A DNA stretch of 64,000 bases, taken from positions 273,009 to 337,008 of the forward strand of contig NW_005434596.1 of the NCBI RefSeq assembly GCF_000315625.1, in the 5' to 3' direction. The notes beneath the pieces are model-generated. The model had not been told where the DNA came from. It was given only the letters and a program-made list of their open reading frames with translations, and searched no databases. This document shows, one piece after another, positions 26,309-40,200 of the stretch (positions are counted from its first letter, which is position 1; every line of letters starts with the position of its first letter). This stretch comes from Guillardia theta CCMP2712 (taxonomy: Eukaryota; Protista; Cryptophyta). Position numbers and translations under genes: made by a program.

Positions 26309-27435
26309 TCAAGACGACGGTCTGCCTTGCCCTCGGCTCATGGCTGGCCCGCGCACGATTGCTGGTTCTAGCCGTCCCACCAGCGCTCTGGCTCGTAGGT
26401 TCCCAGCCTCCGCAGCTCTTGTCAACCAGGTCTCGTACCTGACAAGCAGCAGGTCACGTGTCAGTCACGAGAGATTGCATCACGCACTTGGCCGCGTCTT
26501 CTTTCACTCCCCTCCCCGAGCTGTAACATAGCGCCACGTTCATCATCCCGTCCGCGTCGCCCTGCTCCGCTGCTCGTTCGAACCACAGGAACGCCTCCTC
26601 GTCGCTCCTGGGGACCCCGATGCCGTACTGGTACGCGATCCCCAGGTTCACATTGGCCTTGACGTCAGCATCAGCTGCGATCATGTTGAGCTCGACGGCC
26701 TTGGTCAGGTTCTTCTCCACCCCCACGCCATCCTGGTAGCAGCGAGCGAGCTGAGCGATGGCCCTCACGTTGACATCGGCTGCTTCCTCGTACAGCCTGA
26801 ACGCTTCTGCTTCCGACCGCATGACCCCCTTTCCGAACTCATAGCAAGATCCCAGCGCGATGAGCGCGCTCGACCACCCCCCGTCCGCACTCCTCTCGTA
26901 GCACTCAAACGCTTTCTCCCCGTCGCACTCGGTCCCCCTTCCCAGCTCGTAGCACATCCCTAGGAGGAACCAGCCTTCTACTGACCCTCCCTGTGCAGCA
27001 GCTGTCAACCACCGAACCGCCTCTTCCTCCCGCTGCTCCACCCCATCGCCGTGCAGAAAGCTTCTCCCCAGCTCTAGCAGAGCTCCTACGTCTCCCTGAT
27101 CAGCTGCCTGCCGCAGGAGGGCCTCGACACTGGAGCAAGGGTCCTTGGTGAAGGAAGCAGCGAGGGAGGGCGAGAGCTTCAATCGCTTCAGCACCAGCGC
27201 CATCTCCACCTTCGCTCCTGCATGCTCCTTGGCACTGGCCCTCTCAAACCAGGACAACGCACTGAGCTTCCTCCACCTCCCGTGTACCCACGATGGGAAC
27301 GCGAGACGTTCAGCAGCCTTGAGCTTGCTTGTCTTGTCCTTAGCGCCGAGTGAACCCGGGGGGCAGGCGAGGAGGCTCTCGGAGGAGCTCTCTAGGAAAG
27401 ACTTAACGCTGCTGCCGCAGAGGGTCACCATAAGG

Positions 27436-27470
<35 letters not shown>

Positions 27471-30400
27471 GTGGAGGAGGCAACAGGGCCCTCACCTGAC
27501 GACGTTGGTCCTGTGCATCTTGTGATTGAAGGCACGGGAGTACTTGACAAAGTCCGCGAGGAGCTCCTGGGTGAGGTCATGCTCGGTCCTCGGCACCCAG
27601 GAGGGAGGGAGGGGGTCTCGTCCTTCGAAGTACTTCCCCAGCAGGTATTGAGCTGCTACCATTGAATCGTGCTTTGCGGCTTCCAGGTACAGCTCAGCTG
27701 CTGCGACACTGTACTCCAACCTGGTTGCCGCGGCATCCTCCAGCTGTTCTCTCAGCTCGAAGACTCGCTCAGAGTACTTCTGTCGGAACGACGACATGCG
27801 TCTCCTCGCTTCCTTCCTGCCCTTGCTGGAGTGCGAGAGCTTCACTTCGGACTTGCCGAGGGCTTCAGTCTCCTGGTGCAGTCGCTCCTGAGCAACCAGC
27901 AAGCTCCTCTCTGCGCTCTCCTCACTTCGCTTCAGCCTGTCCATGGATTGTTTGATGTTGCTCGCCATCTCCATCTTCTTCTTCGCACTCTCAGCCTGCA
28001 TCCTGGCCTTGAGCTCGTCAGCCTCTGCTCGCAGCCGATCCATGCTCGCGACCGCGTTGTCGATCTTCCACCTGCCAGCGTCACAGCAGCGTCAGCGTCA
28101 GGCCCCACACGACCGAGTCATACTTCTGGAACTTGAGGGCCTTTCGCGCCGCGTGCACCTCTTGTTTGAGTTTGACCACCCGTGACCTTGACATCCGCAT
28201 TGACCGACTCATCTCGATCGGGGAAGTTGCCTTCTGCATCACTCCGGTACGCACATACCTTAGGAGCTGCGAGGTCTCGAGCTCCTCCTTCAGCTGGAAG
28301 CTCGTCTCATCATGCTCCTCTTGGATGTCTTCCTCGCTCTCTTGAGAGCTCATGATAGACTCCATGCTCTCTGTCTCATACACGTTTGCAAACATGTTTC
28401 GCACCCCCACCCCCACTTTCCGCAGCACAGCAGTGAGATATACCAAGAACAACTCGTAAGACATCGCCTTCATCTCCATCTCTCCACGAACTCGCTGAAT
28501 CTTCTTCACCAGCGCTGCGGCGCTCTCTTTTGATATCAGGCTAGGGATGATTGCTGCATATTCCTGCAGCACTTTGTAGAAGAGACTGGAAAGAGCGAGG
28601 AGTGAGCGAGAGCCGGCAGGATCTTGACTCACCTGAAGTTCATACTCATTAACGACTTGCCTCCATAGCCCAGCTCGATCTTTTCCAGCTTGACAATCTT
28701 CTCGAAGAGAGTGCGGTCCTTGCACAGTGAGCGAATCCTCCTGCTTCTCAGCTCCTCCAGCTTGTCCTCGTCTGTTGTAGCAACCTTCATGTAGTAGTTG
28801 GCCAGCTCCTGAAGGCACGAGGGTCATTCGATCGCAACTACACCTCCTTGAGATAATACCAACTGAGCCTCTGGTAGCCCCTGGGCCGCAGCTCGCTTCC
28901 AATAGGCAGCAGCTTTCTCTGCGTCCAGGGCAACTCCCTCTCCTCTCGCACACAGGACCCCGAGGTTGTACTCGGCGACAGCATACCCTTGTTCCGCGCT
29001 TCTCTCCAGCATCTCGACCGCAAGCGCCATGTTCTTCTTCACGTTCATTCCGCTCAGCAGGGCGATGGCGTACGACAGCTGCGCCTGTCTGTGCCCGTTC
29101 TCAGCTGCTGCCTTGAACCATCGGATCGACTCCTCGGGGTCGTAGAACCTGGAGGAGCGCTGCGAGTGAATGGCTCCGAGCCGGAACTGAGCGATGGCGC
29201 TGCCCCTTTCAGCCGCAAACGACAAGTAGGAGAAGGCTTCCTGCATGTCCCCCTCGACGCCTCTTCCTTCCAGGAAACAGATCCCCAGGCTCACATGCGC
29301 TTCCAGGCTCCCGTCCCTGATCGCCTCCAGGAAGTAACTCACCGCTAGCGCCTCGTCCCTGCCCACGACCTCCCCCTCTGATAGAGCAGCCCCAGGAAGT
29401 GCTTGGCCTTGGCGCTCCCCCGCGCAGCAGCTTCTTGGCACCACCTGAGCGACAGGTGCGAGAGCTTAGGCAGGTACCTGCCTTGGACGTACCACATGCC
29501 CAGGTTGAGCTGAGCCTCCAACAAGCGCATGTCTTGGGCGGCAACATGAGTGATGGGGGCTGGAATGTTCCTGAAGTCGTCAGCCAATGAAGGCGTGAGG
29601 TGAAACTGATCTTTGAGGTAGTTGCTGTGCAAGCATCATCATCGTAGAATCGAGGTGCAGTGAGTTTTTGTCTCACCTTGGGAACTTGTCCATGTTCTCG
29701 TCAAGGAGCTGCGACAGGGCCAACCAGGCTTGTTTGTATCCCAACGACTTTGCCACGGGGCTGAAGTAGAAGGGGAGAGGACCGCATTCCATCACAACAA
29801 CAACAACATCCTTCCTGTCCAGGAGCTGCGGATGTTTCAAGTTGATGCCACCGCAGGTGCGATAGATCCGAATCGCCTCATGTCGATTCTGAGCGAAGTT
29901 GACCCCGTGCCACAGGGCGTCTGCCACTTGCAACGAGGCCACCTCAGACTGCTCGTGCATGCTCTTCTCTAGCTCCTGCACGCTCTCTCCAACAGCCTTG
30001 AGGAAGTCCTCACAGCACATACGCAGGCAGATGGAGAGATGGTTGGGACCTGGAGGGAGGTCCAGAGGGCACGTTGCATCTTCGTCGAAAGAAACAATGA
30101 TCGAAGATCGCGCAGGCATGTTGTGCACAAACACTCTCCCACCGTAGAGCAACTTCGCCGATTTATCCCCAGCTTGATCTCTCGATGAGTACAAATAAGG
30201 TTCCACGTAGAAGGAGCCGCTGTCGAATCTCGACTCATTGGTGACCTTGCACTTCAAGAATGGCCCAACAGGATGCAGCACATGCAACAGCCTCGGCGAG
30301 CAGTGGAGCTCGACATCTGTCACCCGCATGATCGCTCGCTCGGAGGGCTGGGCCACCAGAACCGCATGCATCGCCTTCTCCTTGGGTGTTCCTCTCCTCC

Positions 30401-31936
30401 CGACATCGACCTCAGGCGCTTGCAAGGATGTGACGGATCCTCCTCCTACAGTGCGCAAGGCGTCATAAGGATCCCTGGATATGCTCAAGTGCTGACTCTG
30501 AACCTGCCGCTGAGACCCTCTGCTCATCATGACCCCCCTGGATCCCAGTCCTTCTCTCGTCTTGCTCCTGTGGGTCGACAGGTTGTCTCTGGCCTCGACG
30601 CTTTCAAGCAGACGAGACGCAACAACCGACACTTCATCTGGAAGAGTCCTTGGCTTCCGGCATTGCTTGCATACAATGTCGCCCTTGGAAACGTTTCTCG
30701 AGTACTTGTTCTCGTTCCAGCAGCCGCAGTTGGGGCAGAGATACTGAGTGAAGACTGTCGAGCCCTCGGCACTACTGTCATGCCCCCTAGCAGCCAGCAG
30801 GTAGTACTTGAGAGCGTCATTGGCATCCTTTTTCATCCCGATTCCCATGTGGTTCAATCGTCCCAGCTCATAGGCAGATTCGTATATCCCGTTCAAAGCC
30901 GCTCGTTGGTGCCAGGACGCGGCTTCTGAGTAGTTTGGAAACTTCATCTTGGAATGTGAGGGGACCAGCCATGATACAACAGAAGGCATGTGATGAAAGA
31001 CTTTGGCTTGCTTTGTTCTCATCGCAGTCGATTGACTGCATGCCCACGTTATGACCGAAGGCAATAAATGCCAACGTAATCTCCTATCAACCTCGACAGG
31101 GTCAACAGGCTTGATTCCTTGCGAGTACATCACAGCAACTTTATGCTGCGACAAGGCATGTTCTTGTCTGGCTGCTTTCAGGTACCATCCCATGGCTTTT
31201 GCCATCAGCAGACCCCCCTCGCCGACATCCTCCGCTGCCTCACCTGCTTCATCTCTGGCATCTTGTGCCTTGACGTGCGCTGCTGACTCGGTTTCAAACC
31301 TCCATCCCAGACGAAACTGAGCCTCTCTGTGGCCCAACAGTGCTGCCTGTATCATCCACTTCCATGCTGATTCGGTTTCCCTACGAGACTTGTACCTAGT
31401 CAGAGCAAGTACCTGACGGGCAACAGTCAGCGCGCGCAAGACATGCTGCAACGCTACCCCTAGCTGGTAAGATGCTTCAGCATGGCCTGAAGAGATGGTT
31501 GAGACTTATCCTTCAGCAGTTGTAGCATCACCTTCGTTCGCAGCTTTCTTGAGCCATGCAGCAGCCTTCTTTGCGTCTTGCTGGGGCGACCCCTGTCCTC
31601 TGAGCCACATGTTGCCGAGCTCGAAGCACGACTCTCTCTGCGCATGATAGCAGGGTGAGGGAACGTCAGAAACCGACGGGCAGCATACATGTCCTGAAGA
31701 AGCAGACTTTGAGAACCAGAGAAAGGCGGACTTGAGGTTCTTTTCTTGACCAAGGCCATGGAGGTAGCACTTGGCCAGCACCTGACACTGCAAGTCAAGG
31801 CTGGCGAAGGACAGGAAGCAGCAAAGGTAGGTTTTCTTCCTACGTATTGGGCCTCAACGTCCCCTTTCTTGGCTTGAAACCAGGCGCTGCTGGGATTGAT
31901 TGTCATCCATGCTTGCTCTGCTTTCTCTGACGACAT
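26309..31936 (-). CDS. Large Sel1-like repeat protein with an internal zinc ribbon, an Ig/CARDB-like segment and a coiled coil
   Basis: Many SLR units (AQFRLG..Y..G.GV..D...A..W...AA.QG) across ORFs 26454-27470, 28824-29444, 29673-31451 and 31460-31936; CPNC-x18-CKQC; coiled-coil exon 27492-28043. Assumed to be one gene; the 5' end is uncertain. Confidence 0.8.
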
Positions 31937-34202
31937 GACTCCAACCTTCTCTGGCAGGAGACGGACGAATCGGCAACGTGCTAGAGCTGGATCACCCCAT
32001 CTCTCCTCAGTCTGCCTTGGATCAGGCCGTGTCGCCTCCTGGAGGCTGGGATGATCAGGTAGCTAACGTAGTCTAACTGGTTCGAGTCCTCAAGCCTCTC
32101 ATGATGTCAACGTCGTCGAGCTCTCATGTCCAGTGCTTCACAGCTCTCGTCATCGACCACGGCTGAGAGCAAACAGTTGTGTCATGCATGTGACCAGCAT
32201 GCTGGTGTGGTGGACTCAACTGCCCGGCGTTGAAACAACCCGCTTTTCAACCCGCTCGGCTGCCCCCCCCCCCCACTGGCTCGGAATCACTTTAGGGCCG
32301 GGGATGAGGGGTGAATTCAACCGGATGATGGTGAAACGAACAGCAGGCATGGAGGAGGTCAGGGAGGGAGGATAACGCTTGTTGCTGCAAGGCTTACGAG
32401 CTTCGCGTACCCTGTGCTCGTCAACCTCATTCCAGATTCCTCTGATGAGGTACAAAGAGACGAATGCCAGCATCGAGACATTCAGAAGCGATCAAGCACG
32501 CTCATGCCCCTGCATAGCATCTGGGTACTGTGATCTTTCATTCAACCCTTTATTCGTAGCCAGCAAGTCAGTCTGCTGTATGTACTTCTTTGAGATTCAA
32601 TGGCTCGTCCTATACGTGTACTGGGGTCACTACTCGTTGCAAGGAAATCAATCAGTTTAGCAAAGTGTAGATCGATCACTCATCGGATTACGTGCTTATG
32701 CTTGCGAGCGTTTCAAGAGATATCTTATTATCAGTCGCAGCTTCTCAAGTTGGCCTATGCAAGTTTGCTTTTCCTTGTAAAAAGCATCTCTGCGTCTCTA
32801 CTCGGCTCGCTAAGTCATTATTTTTCTTGCACAATGCCCTATCGGCCATGTTTCGCAGCCTAGCAATCGAATTTCAACCATGGCAAACCATTCCCACGAG
32901 TTTCCTATAAGACACTTTCTCCTATTTATTTTGCATTTCGTTCAATGGTTGCCTTGTACTCCAAACTTGTTTCGTCCAGGCCTTAATTTTCTCCCCGTAG
33001 CTGCTACGCCTGAATTATGATACTTCTCGGCGCGATCACTCACTTCTTGAGTTCTCATCGTTGTGTCCATCATCCCGTTCACCGTCTACCTTCCCATCTC
33101 ATGCTGCTGCATGCCGCTTCATCGCATGCATCTACCATGCTGGTCCTTGATACATAGCCTCATTGATCGGAGATCGCGAGGGTTCCGGGACATACGACCC
33201 TCCAGTGGACGTAGACTCAATCTGTACGATCTTTACTTCATACAGATAAAACAAGTGAAACATTTTGTACCAAACAAAGAAATTTTAATAACTCTAAAAC
33301 TTCAGCAAAACTTTTTTGTCCGTACATATAAGTATAATAGCGCAAGAACATCAGTACAACTCTACTACCGCTAAGGTCACCATTTCAGAGCTTTTCTCCT
33401 CCACCCCTACTTCTTGCTGCACCCCTATGACCCTCTTATACTACCCCCCACCAAATGGTTTTGACCGTAGATTTAGCCCAGGCTCACCAAATCGATTCCC
33501 TGCATTATTCCTCCCCTATGAAATTTCGAGTTTGACTACCCCTGCTACCCCAAGGTCAATTCTCTCTACTGCGCCTGACAACTTCTATTCATCACCCCAC
33601 CTCTTTGAAATTTCAATGACCCCCCCTCACTACGATGACCCCCCTGTTCGTATAAAAACAACCTCTAGAGAACACCTCCACTGTTGCTTATGGCAGTAAC
33701 CCCACCCCCAATTCTAAAGTAGTTGACACCCCACCCTCAAAATGATAAGTCATTTTTGTGAACATGCGAAAAAAAAAACATAATTCCTTGTACCCCTACC
33801 CCCTCGGAAGAAGCATTACTCCCCGACAATTCCATTCGGCCCCCACACCCTCTAAAATTTTGTACCCTACCCTGCCTTCAGATGTCCTCAGAACACCACC
33901 CCCATCCCTTGGACCCCCCTTGTTGTCTGCTGATACCCCCTGAAGCCCTGCTCCCACCCCCAATATCCGCACCATTGGTGTCATCAATACCAGTACTTTT
34001 GCCTACCGGGGGTGTGTACTACCCTTTCTCCCCCAGGATAACCCCATATTTCCCCTTCTACCACCCCCTGTTGCTACTGCACCCCAGACCCTCAAAGCGC
34101 CATGGCTGCGCTAAGTTGAGGAAGGAGGAATCTTGGGTGCTCGTTCCTTGCGCTTCCTCCTCATCCCCGTCCCCCTTGCTTTCTACGTTCTAATCAAACT
34201 TC

Positions 34203-37200
34203 ATGTCGGGTGTCCACCTGTCCGCGGAGGTGCTGCAACGCATCTCTGACAAGAGGAAGGAAAAGGGCAATCCGACCCTGACCATTGAACAAGTGTCAAG
34301 GCATAATTCGAAACATGATTGTCTTATTGTGGTCAATGAGATGGTCTTTGATGTTTCTTCCTTTCTCCATAAACATCCAGGTGGAATGTCAATCATCCTC
34401 AATCAGGGGGGGAAGGACGTCTCACACATTTTCTTCCGCAATCACAGCAAGCATGCCCACTCTTTCCTGCCAGACTTGTTTTGTGCGGATTTGATTACCA
34501 GCAAGAAGCAAGATCTTGATAGGATCACACAGATCGTGAAAGTTAAGGAGATTGCTGCACAAATCGAGTCGCCACGAAAGGATTCCCCGCGAGAAACCAG
34601 TGCGTCCTTGGTCTATGACGTTGAGCTTTCGTCTCCCCATGGTTTCGTGCGCGAACGGGTGACGAAGTTTGATTCTCCCAGGAAGTCGGAGCTCGACGAA
34701 TCTCCTCGATCACAGAGAGACTCAGACTTGGCTTCGGATGACGACAGCACTCATGGAGCTCTCAACTCCCAGTTCTCGGTCCCACCAGTCATCATTGAAG
34801 AGACGGAAGCAGAGGTGGCAGGCATGGAGGAGAGTCCGCACAATGCCCTCGATGGGCACATGCTGGAGGAGATTTTATTTGACGTACATTCCGGCCGCTC
34901 TTCTCCCACGAATAGGAACCCTAGCAAGAAGATGAATGGCAGCAATGGTAAGTTGGAGAGTGCGTGTCCGTTCATGGCTATCGCCATGGCACACGAAGCG
35001 AAACAGCTTGAAAATGGACATGGGAATGGAGAAAGTGAAATCACCCTTTCGAACAGTTTCAAATCAGCTAATGGAGATGGTGGAATTTTGGCTCACATGT
35101 CGGGTTCGTTTGGCTCCAGTAAGAAGTTGCCGATCAACATGTTGAAACCCCTTCACTCCCTGTCCTCCTTCTCGCAAAGACACGGCCAAAGTAAAGATGT
35201 GGCGATGGAATCACCTCGCTCTGTGAGATCGAAAGAGGACTTGTCTTCATCTAAGGGTGGCACCTCTCACGGGAGGAACAGCAGCAGCTTCAATCATTCT
35301 CGCAAGTCGCGTGGAACGAATATCAACAAAGCTGGAGGTGTCTATCGAGGACGAGTGCGTCGAAAGCAGCACCATACACGTAAGAGTCAGGTGCCAGCTG
35401 TTGACATGGAAGAGTGGGGAAATCATTCTTATTTCATCGTTACTTCATGGAACAAGATGCTGCAAAAAGCATCATATGCTGATCTTGGACTTGCAATCTA
35501 TGATTCTGTCAAGGACAACGAGACATTAGAGCCGCTTTTTCGCTTCACAAACAAATCCGTACAGGGAACTAAATTTGTAGACATGCTTTCCAGCATCGTT
35601 GAGAACATCACGTCACCAGCTGATATTTATGTGAAGATTGCAGAACTTGCTCCAATGCATCACAGGAAGGGAGTGAAAGGATCCCATATGCCTCTCATGA
35701 AAGAAATCATCCTCGGAGTCTTCAAGCATACATTAGGCGAAGATTTTTCTGCCGAGGAAACCAAAGCGTGGATATGGATGTGGTCCTACTTGTCACGTGC
35801 GCTCGAGCATTCCTTGGTCGATGTAGGCTCAACCCTCGGCGTCGTTCGGGAGTCATGGGAAATTATTCTGGAGAAATACGATCCTGCACATCTAGGGGAA
35901 ATGGTTTACGATCATTTGTTCAAGCTCGCACCAAATGTTACCTCCTTGTTCACCAAGTCGAGAGAATACATGGCAATCAAGATGGGAGACATGTTGTGCA
36001 TGTTAGTATCTTTTGCGGACGATCCAGATAATATGAAGCAGCAAGTTTCCTGGCTTGGATTGCGGCATGTCAACTACAAAGTCAGGCCACATCACATACC
36101 ATTAATGGGACCTGTCTTCATGACCGTGCTCGCAGAGGCATCGGGCGAGTACTGGACGGAAGAAATGGAGAAATGCTGGGGAATCGTATTCAATATGGTT
36201 TGTGAGAACATGTCAGAAGCCATTCAGGATGGCGAGGATTATGCGCTCTCTTTAGAACACACAACGCAATTCATGCAGGAAAGAGTTGATCGATCGGAAC
36301 TATCCAAAGTCATGAGAACTGAACTCCTTGTTCACTGCCCGTCGCTATTTGAGAAACTTGAGGGCGATGCAGCTTCTAACGAACGGCGCAACAGCCTGTT
36401 GGAAAGGACTAAAGCATTGCGAACTGCAAGTACCACGAGCAGTATAGACAGAACTCCCAGTACTCAAAGAGATAATCAAGTTGATCATGGGGTATAGATT
36501 ACTGTTCAGTGCTTGGAAGCTAGTCACTGATGAGTTTTGTGCAGGTCTCTCATCTTATCTCATCCAGCGCAACTCGCAGAAGAGACTCAGTGCTTGATGA
36601 TGCGCACAACTCATCGTCTCAGAGTAGGAAGTCAGTGAAATCGAAATGCAGAAAGCTCACTTCAGTGGCAGGAGGCAGACAAACACGTTTGAAGTCTACC
36701 TTTACTCCAGTTGCGAGCTGTGAATCAGACGTTGAAGCTCAGGTTAGATGTTTTCTTCATGCCTTCTTCGGTTGAAACATGTATATCCCAGGAGGAGTTC
36801 GCGATCTCCATTTACGACTTTACTGTGGAGGTTGCTCAGCTGGTTTGGGAACCTGAGAAACAGCTTGAGCAGATCTTCGTTTATGCGCCAACCTTCTATG
36901 CATGGTCTGCAAGATAGCTCTCATTTTAATTCTGATGAGCATGCCAGTGGAATGAGGAGCGAGCATTTGAAGGCTATCGCTCAGTCCTTGGAGAGCGGAG
37001 TTGCTAGTGTGATCGGAGAGGAGTGAGTTGAATCTGATCATGGTGTTGAGAAGGCTGATGTTTTTTTCTGCAGTTGGGGTGAACACATGAGCGACTCTCT
37101 CAGATGGGTTTGGAAGATGATCAGTGATGTGAGGAGCTGAGACCTGTTTTGACGCGACCTGATCCCCTTGCAGTCACTCTCAAGTGAGCTCGACGGTTTG

Positions 37201-40200
37201 CGCGAAAAGAGAAGTGAGATCGTCTTGCATCAGTGGCAACACATGAAAGATAACGTCGATGTCGAGGTGAGAGCGAAAGATGATTCTTCTCATTCCCCCC
37301 GTACTGAACTTCTTGCTCACAGTATCTTGGAGAAGTCTTCTGGAAGCACCTTAACAACATCGTACAGTCGTGCTAAAATATTCGCTTGTCGCTGACTTGA
37401 GATGTTTGCAGTCACCGGAGCAGACGCATCTCTTCAGAAGATCTTTGCGCATGTGAACCTTTGCATCTATCTGGTCTTTTATATTTGACCTATGAGGTCT
37501 AGGTGGGGGAGTCTCCTGTTTCATATCATGGACATGCTCGTGGTCAGCATAACCGAGCCTGCTGTAATGTCCACCTGTATGGATACAACGTGTTGAGAGA
37601 TGCGGCAGGACTTTTTCGATCAACTCTTTGAGTTGACCTTGAGACATGTGCGGTACGGAGTTCGATCGGAGTACCTGAATCCCTTCGGACAAGCTCTCAT
37701 CTTCACCTTGCAAGATGTGATGCGAGAGATGGGTTGTTGGCCATGGTGTGATAGAGTGAACAGATCATGGAGACTGAATTTGATGAAAAATCAGAGAAGG
37801 CATGGAAAGAGGTGATTCGGCTGATAATGCGTTCATCAGAAAGTCATCGTAATGCATCGAGTCAGGTGTGGAAAAAAGCGGCAAACAGCATGGCAAGGGG
37901 CCTGAACATGGGAGGGAATGCGATCACGCATGCATTGGTGGAAGGAAATGCAGATGCGCTCCAAGAGGCAATCAGCTCTGCTCCTCGGAGCAAGAGAGAC
38001 GAGTGGTTATGTCAGGTTGATAGCGACATGAGGAGAATCGTTGCGAACATGATCGGTTGGCTGTCAGATTGATATCAACGGAGCAGTGATCTCTCCACTC
38101 TACTGGGCCTTACACGACGGGAAATACTCCATCGTCGAATTCATCTTATGGTAGAGATTCAATGTCTCGCATGAACGGCTCTGACTGACTGCAATATTCA
38201 GCGACTTGTTAACCATCCGTGCAGACATTCACGGCTACTACTACGGCAGAGAGGTGATAATGAAGTTGAGTGATGCGGCATCCTGCATGCTGACACCTGC
38301 ATGACAGAATCTGTTCAGCTACCATGAGAACCTGGTAGAGGAACTTGGCCGTGAGTGCCCGCACTTGATGTGCACACTACTTGATGGCCTTCTGTGGCAT
38401 TCGAAAGAGAAACTTCCCGGCAGAATGGTTCCTTTGCCATCAGTATCAGAAGGGTCAAGGTTTGACGTTGCCGTCGCAGGTCCGCGTGAACTACTACATC
38501 CGTGATATCTACGGGGACCCCGACCTACAGAAAGATCCCTGGAGCTCACCCTTGGCACACCTGATCAACTTCGGTGCGGCGAGCGAACGTTGCTGCCCGA
38601 GTTCCATCTGACATACTGTATGTACAAGGTGGGAATGACGTGTTCAAGCACCCTGTTGTCCACAAGACTCTCGATTTGAAATGGAGCAAGTTCGGGCTGA
38701 AAGTCTTCTGCCTGAAAGAATGTGTCTACTTTGCCATGATCGTCTTCTTCATGATCGGATACGTGAGGGATGAAACCCTCTGCGATCCTCAGAGTGAAGT
38801 AAGTCGACGCCTGCTCCTCTTGCGGGACTGACCCGCTCTCCAGACCATGAGGCTGGTCCTGACAGTTTTTGCGAGCTTGACTCTCTTCGCTCAAGTAGAG
38901 CATCGTGCTATTATTTCTGTCAACTGACTGTCACTGCAAGGTCTACGTGGCATTTTCCCATATGAGGAAAAATCTGATGCTTCCCTTCTCGTTCGGGCCC
39001 TTCACGTTTATCCTCCCGAGGTCAGAAGAGTCTCATCGTGGGATGAGAGCATCTGACTGGCCTGCAAAGGACTTTTGCATCCTCGTGGAACCTGCTGCGA
39101 GTGGTGTCTTGCTCGTTGATTCTGGTTTCCTTCGCCGGGCAGGTGATGACTGGAGAGGAAATGAGACGGACAAAGGCGCCATGAATGGAGGGGGTCAAGC
39201 TAGGAGCAAATATGATGGAAAGTGGGGGGAGGAGGGTTTAAGCCAGCAGTGAGAGATTGAGTGGGAAGGAAATTGAGAGGAGGGGAGGACTTGGTTGACT
39301 TGAACAAGAATGATAGAAATCTGCCGTGATTGGTTATGTTGAAGCCTGACTGAAACTGCAGCATGAATGCAATTCCTGCGACAGCGCCGTCATGAACTGT
39401 ACAGATGTCACAAACACTACAGGAGGTTAATCGCGATTCTGCTCACCTGCCTGCCATGTTTTGACTGGTCAACAGCTCGAGAATTCTTCGTGTCTTCGTC
39501 ATGGTCTCTGCTTGCTAAGGCGAAAGGAGACGCGACGACCTCTTCAACCATCTCTTCAGCCAACGTTAACGACAACAGAACATCGCTCGCTATCGCTGCT
39601 GTTTTGCTATGGGCACAGATGTTCCAGGTCTCATCTCCCAATCTGCGGTGGGGACGAATTTTTGACTCTGTCTCTCTCTCCTCCTACAGCTCAGCATTCT
39701 TTCGACCCCAATGGCAGCGTTCATCTACACCATCGGCATCATGTTTCACGACCTGTCGCATTCGCTCTTCATGATCGTTATCCTCATCTTCGGTATGCTC
39801 CTCCTTTTCAACCCCCGCTTTCCTACACGCCTCCTCGTCTCCCTATCTCTCCAACGTTACCGTCCTCGTTCTATCTCCCTCCTCTCCCTCCTCTCTGCTG
39901 TCATCTATCTCCCCTCATCTACCTCCATCGCCCTCCCCTTGGTATTGCCTCGCAATCCTTCGGCTGCCACCCTCGTCCACCGGCTCCCTCTGTCTTGTTC
40001 CTCTCACCGTCTTGTTTCAGGATTTGGCTCTGCTCTTACTCTCATCGACGATCCTCCTTTCGATGAAGGATGGGACCAATCAGTTGTAGTCCTCCTGCAA
40101 GAGGTCGTCCTCTTCCTACCCTCCCCCTCCTCTCGTTCCTCCTCGCTCCCTCCCTCGCCCTGCTCCCTCTCCCTGCTCCCTCTTCCTCCTTGTGAACACC

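Noticed and set aside
32133-33374. Short ORFs between the Sel1 gene and the globin-channel gene
   Set aside because: No motifs, coding bias or coherent splice pattern. It could hide a decayed element but nothing can be supported.
34203-36497. Stand-alone nitrate reductase fragment or flavohemoglobin
   Set aside because: No Moco or FAD/NAD-binding domains are present, and the frame continues by splicing into globin, ankyrin and channel exons.
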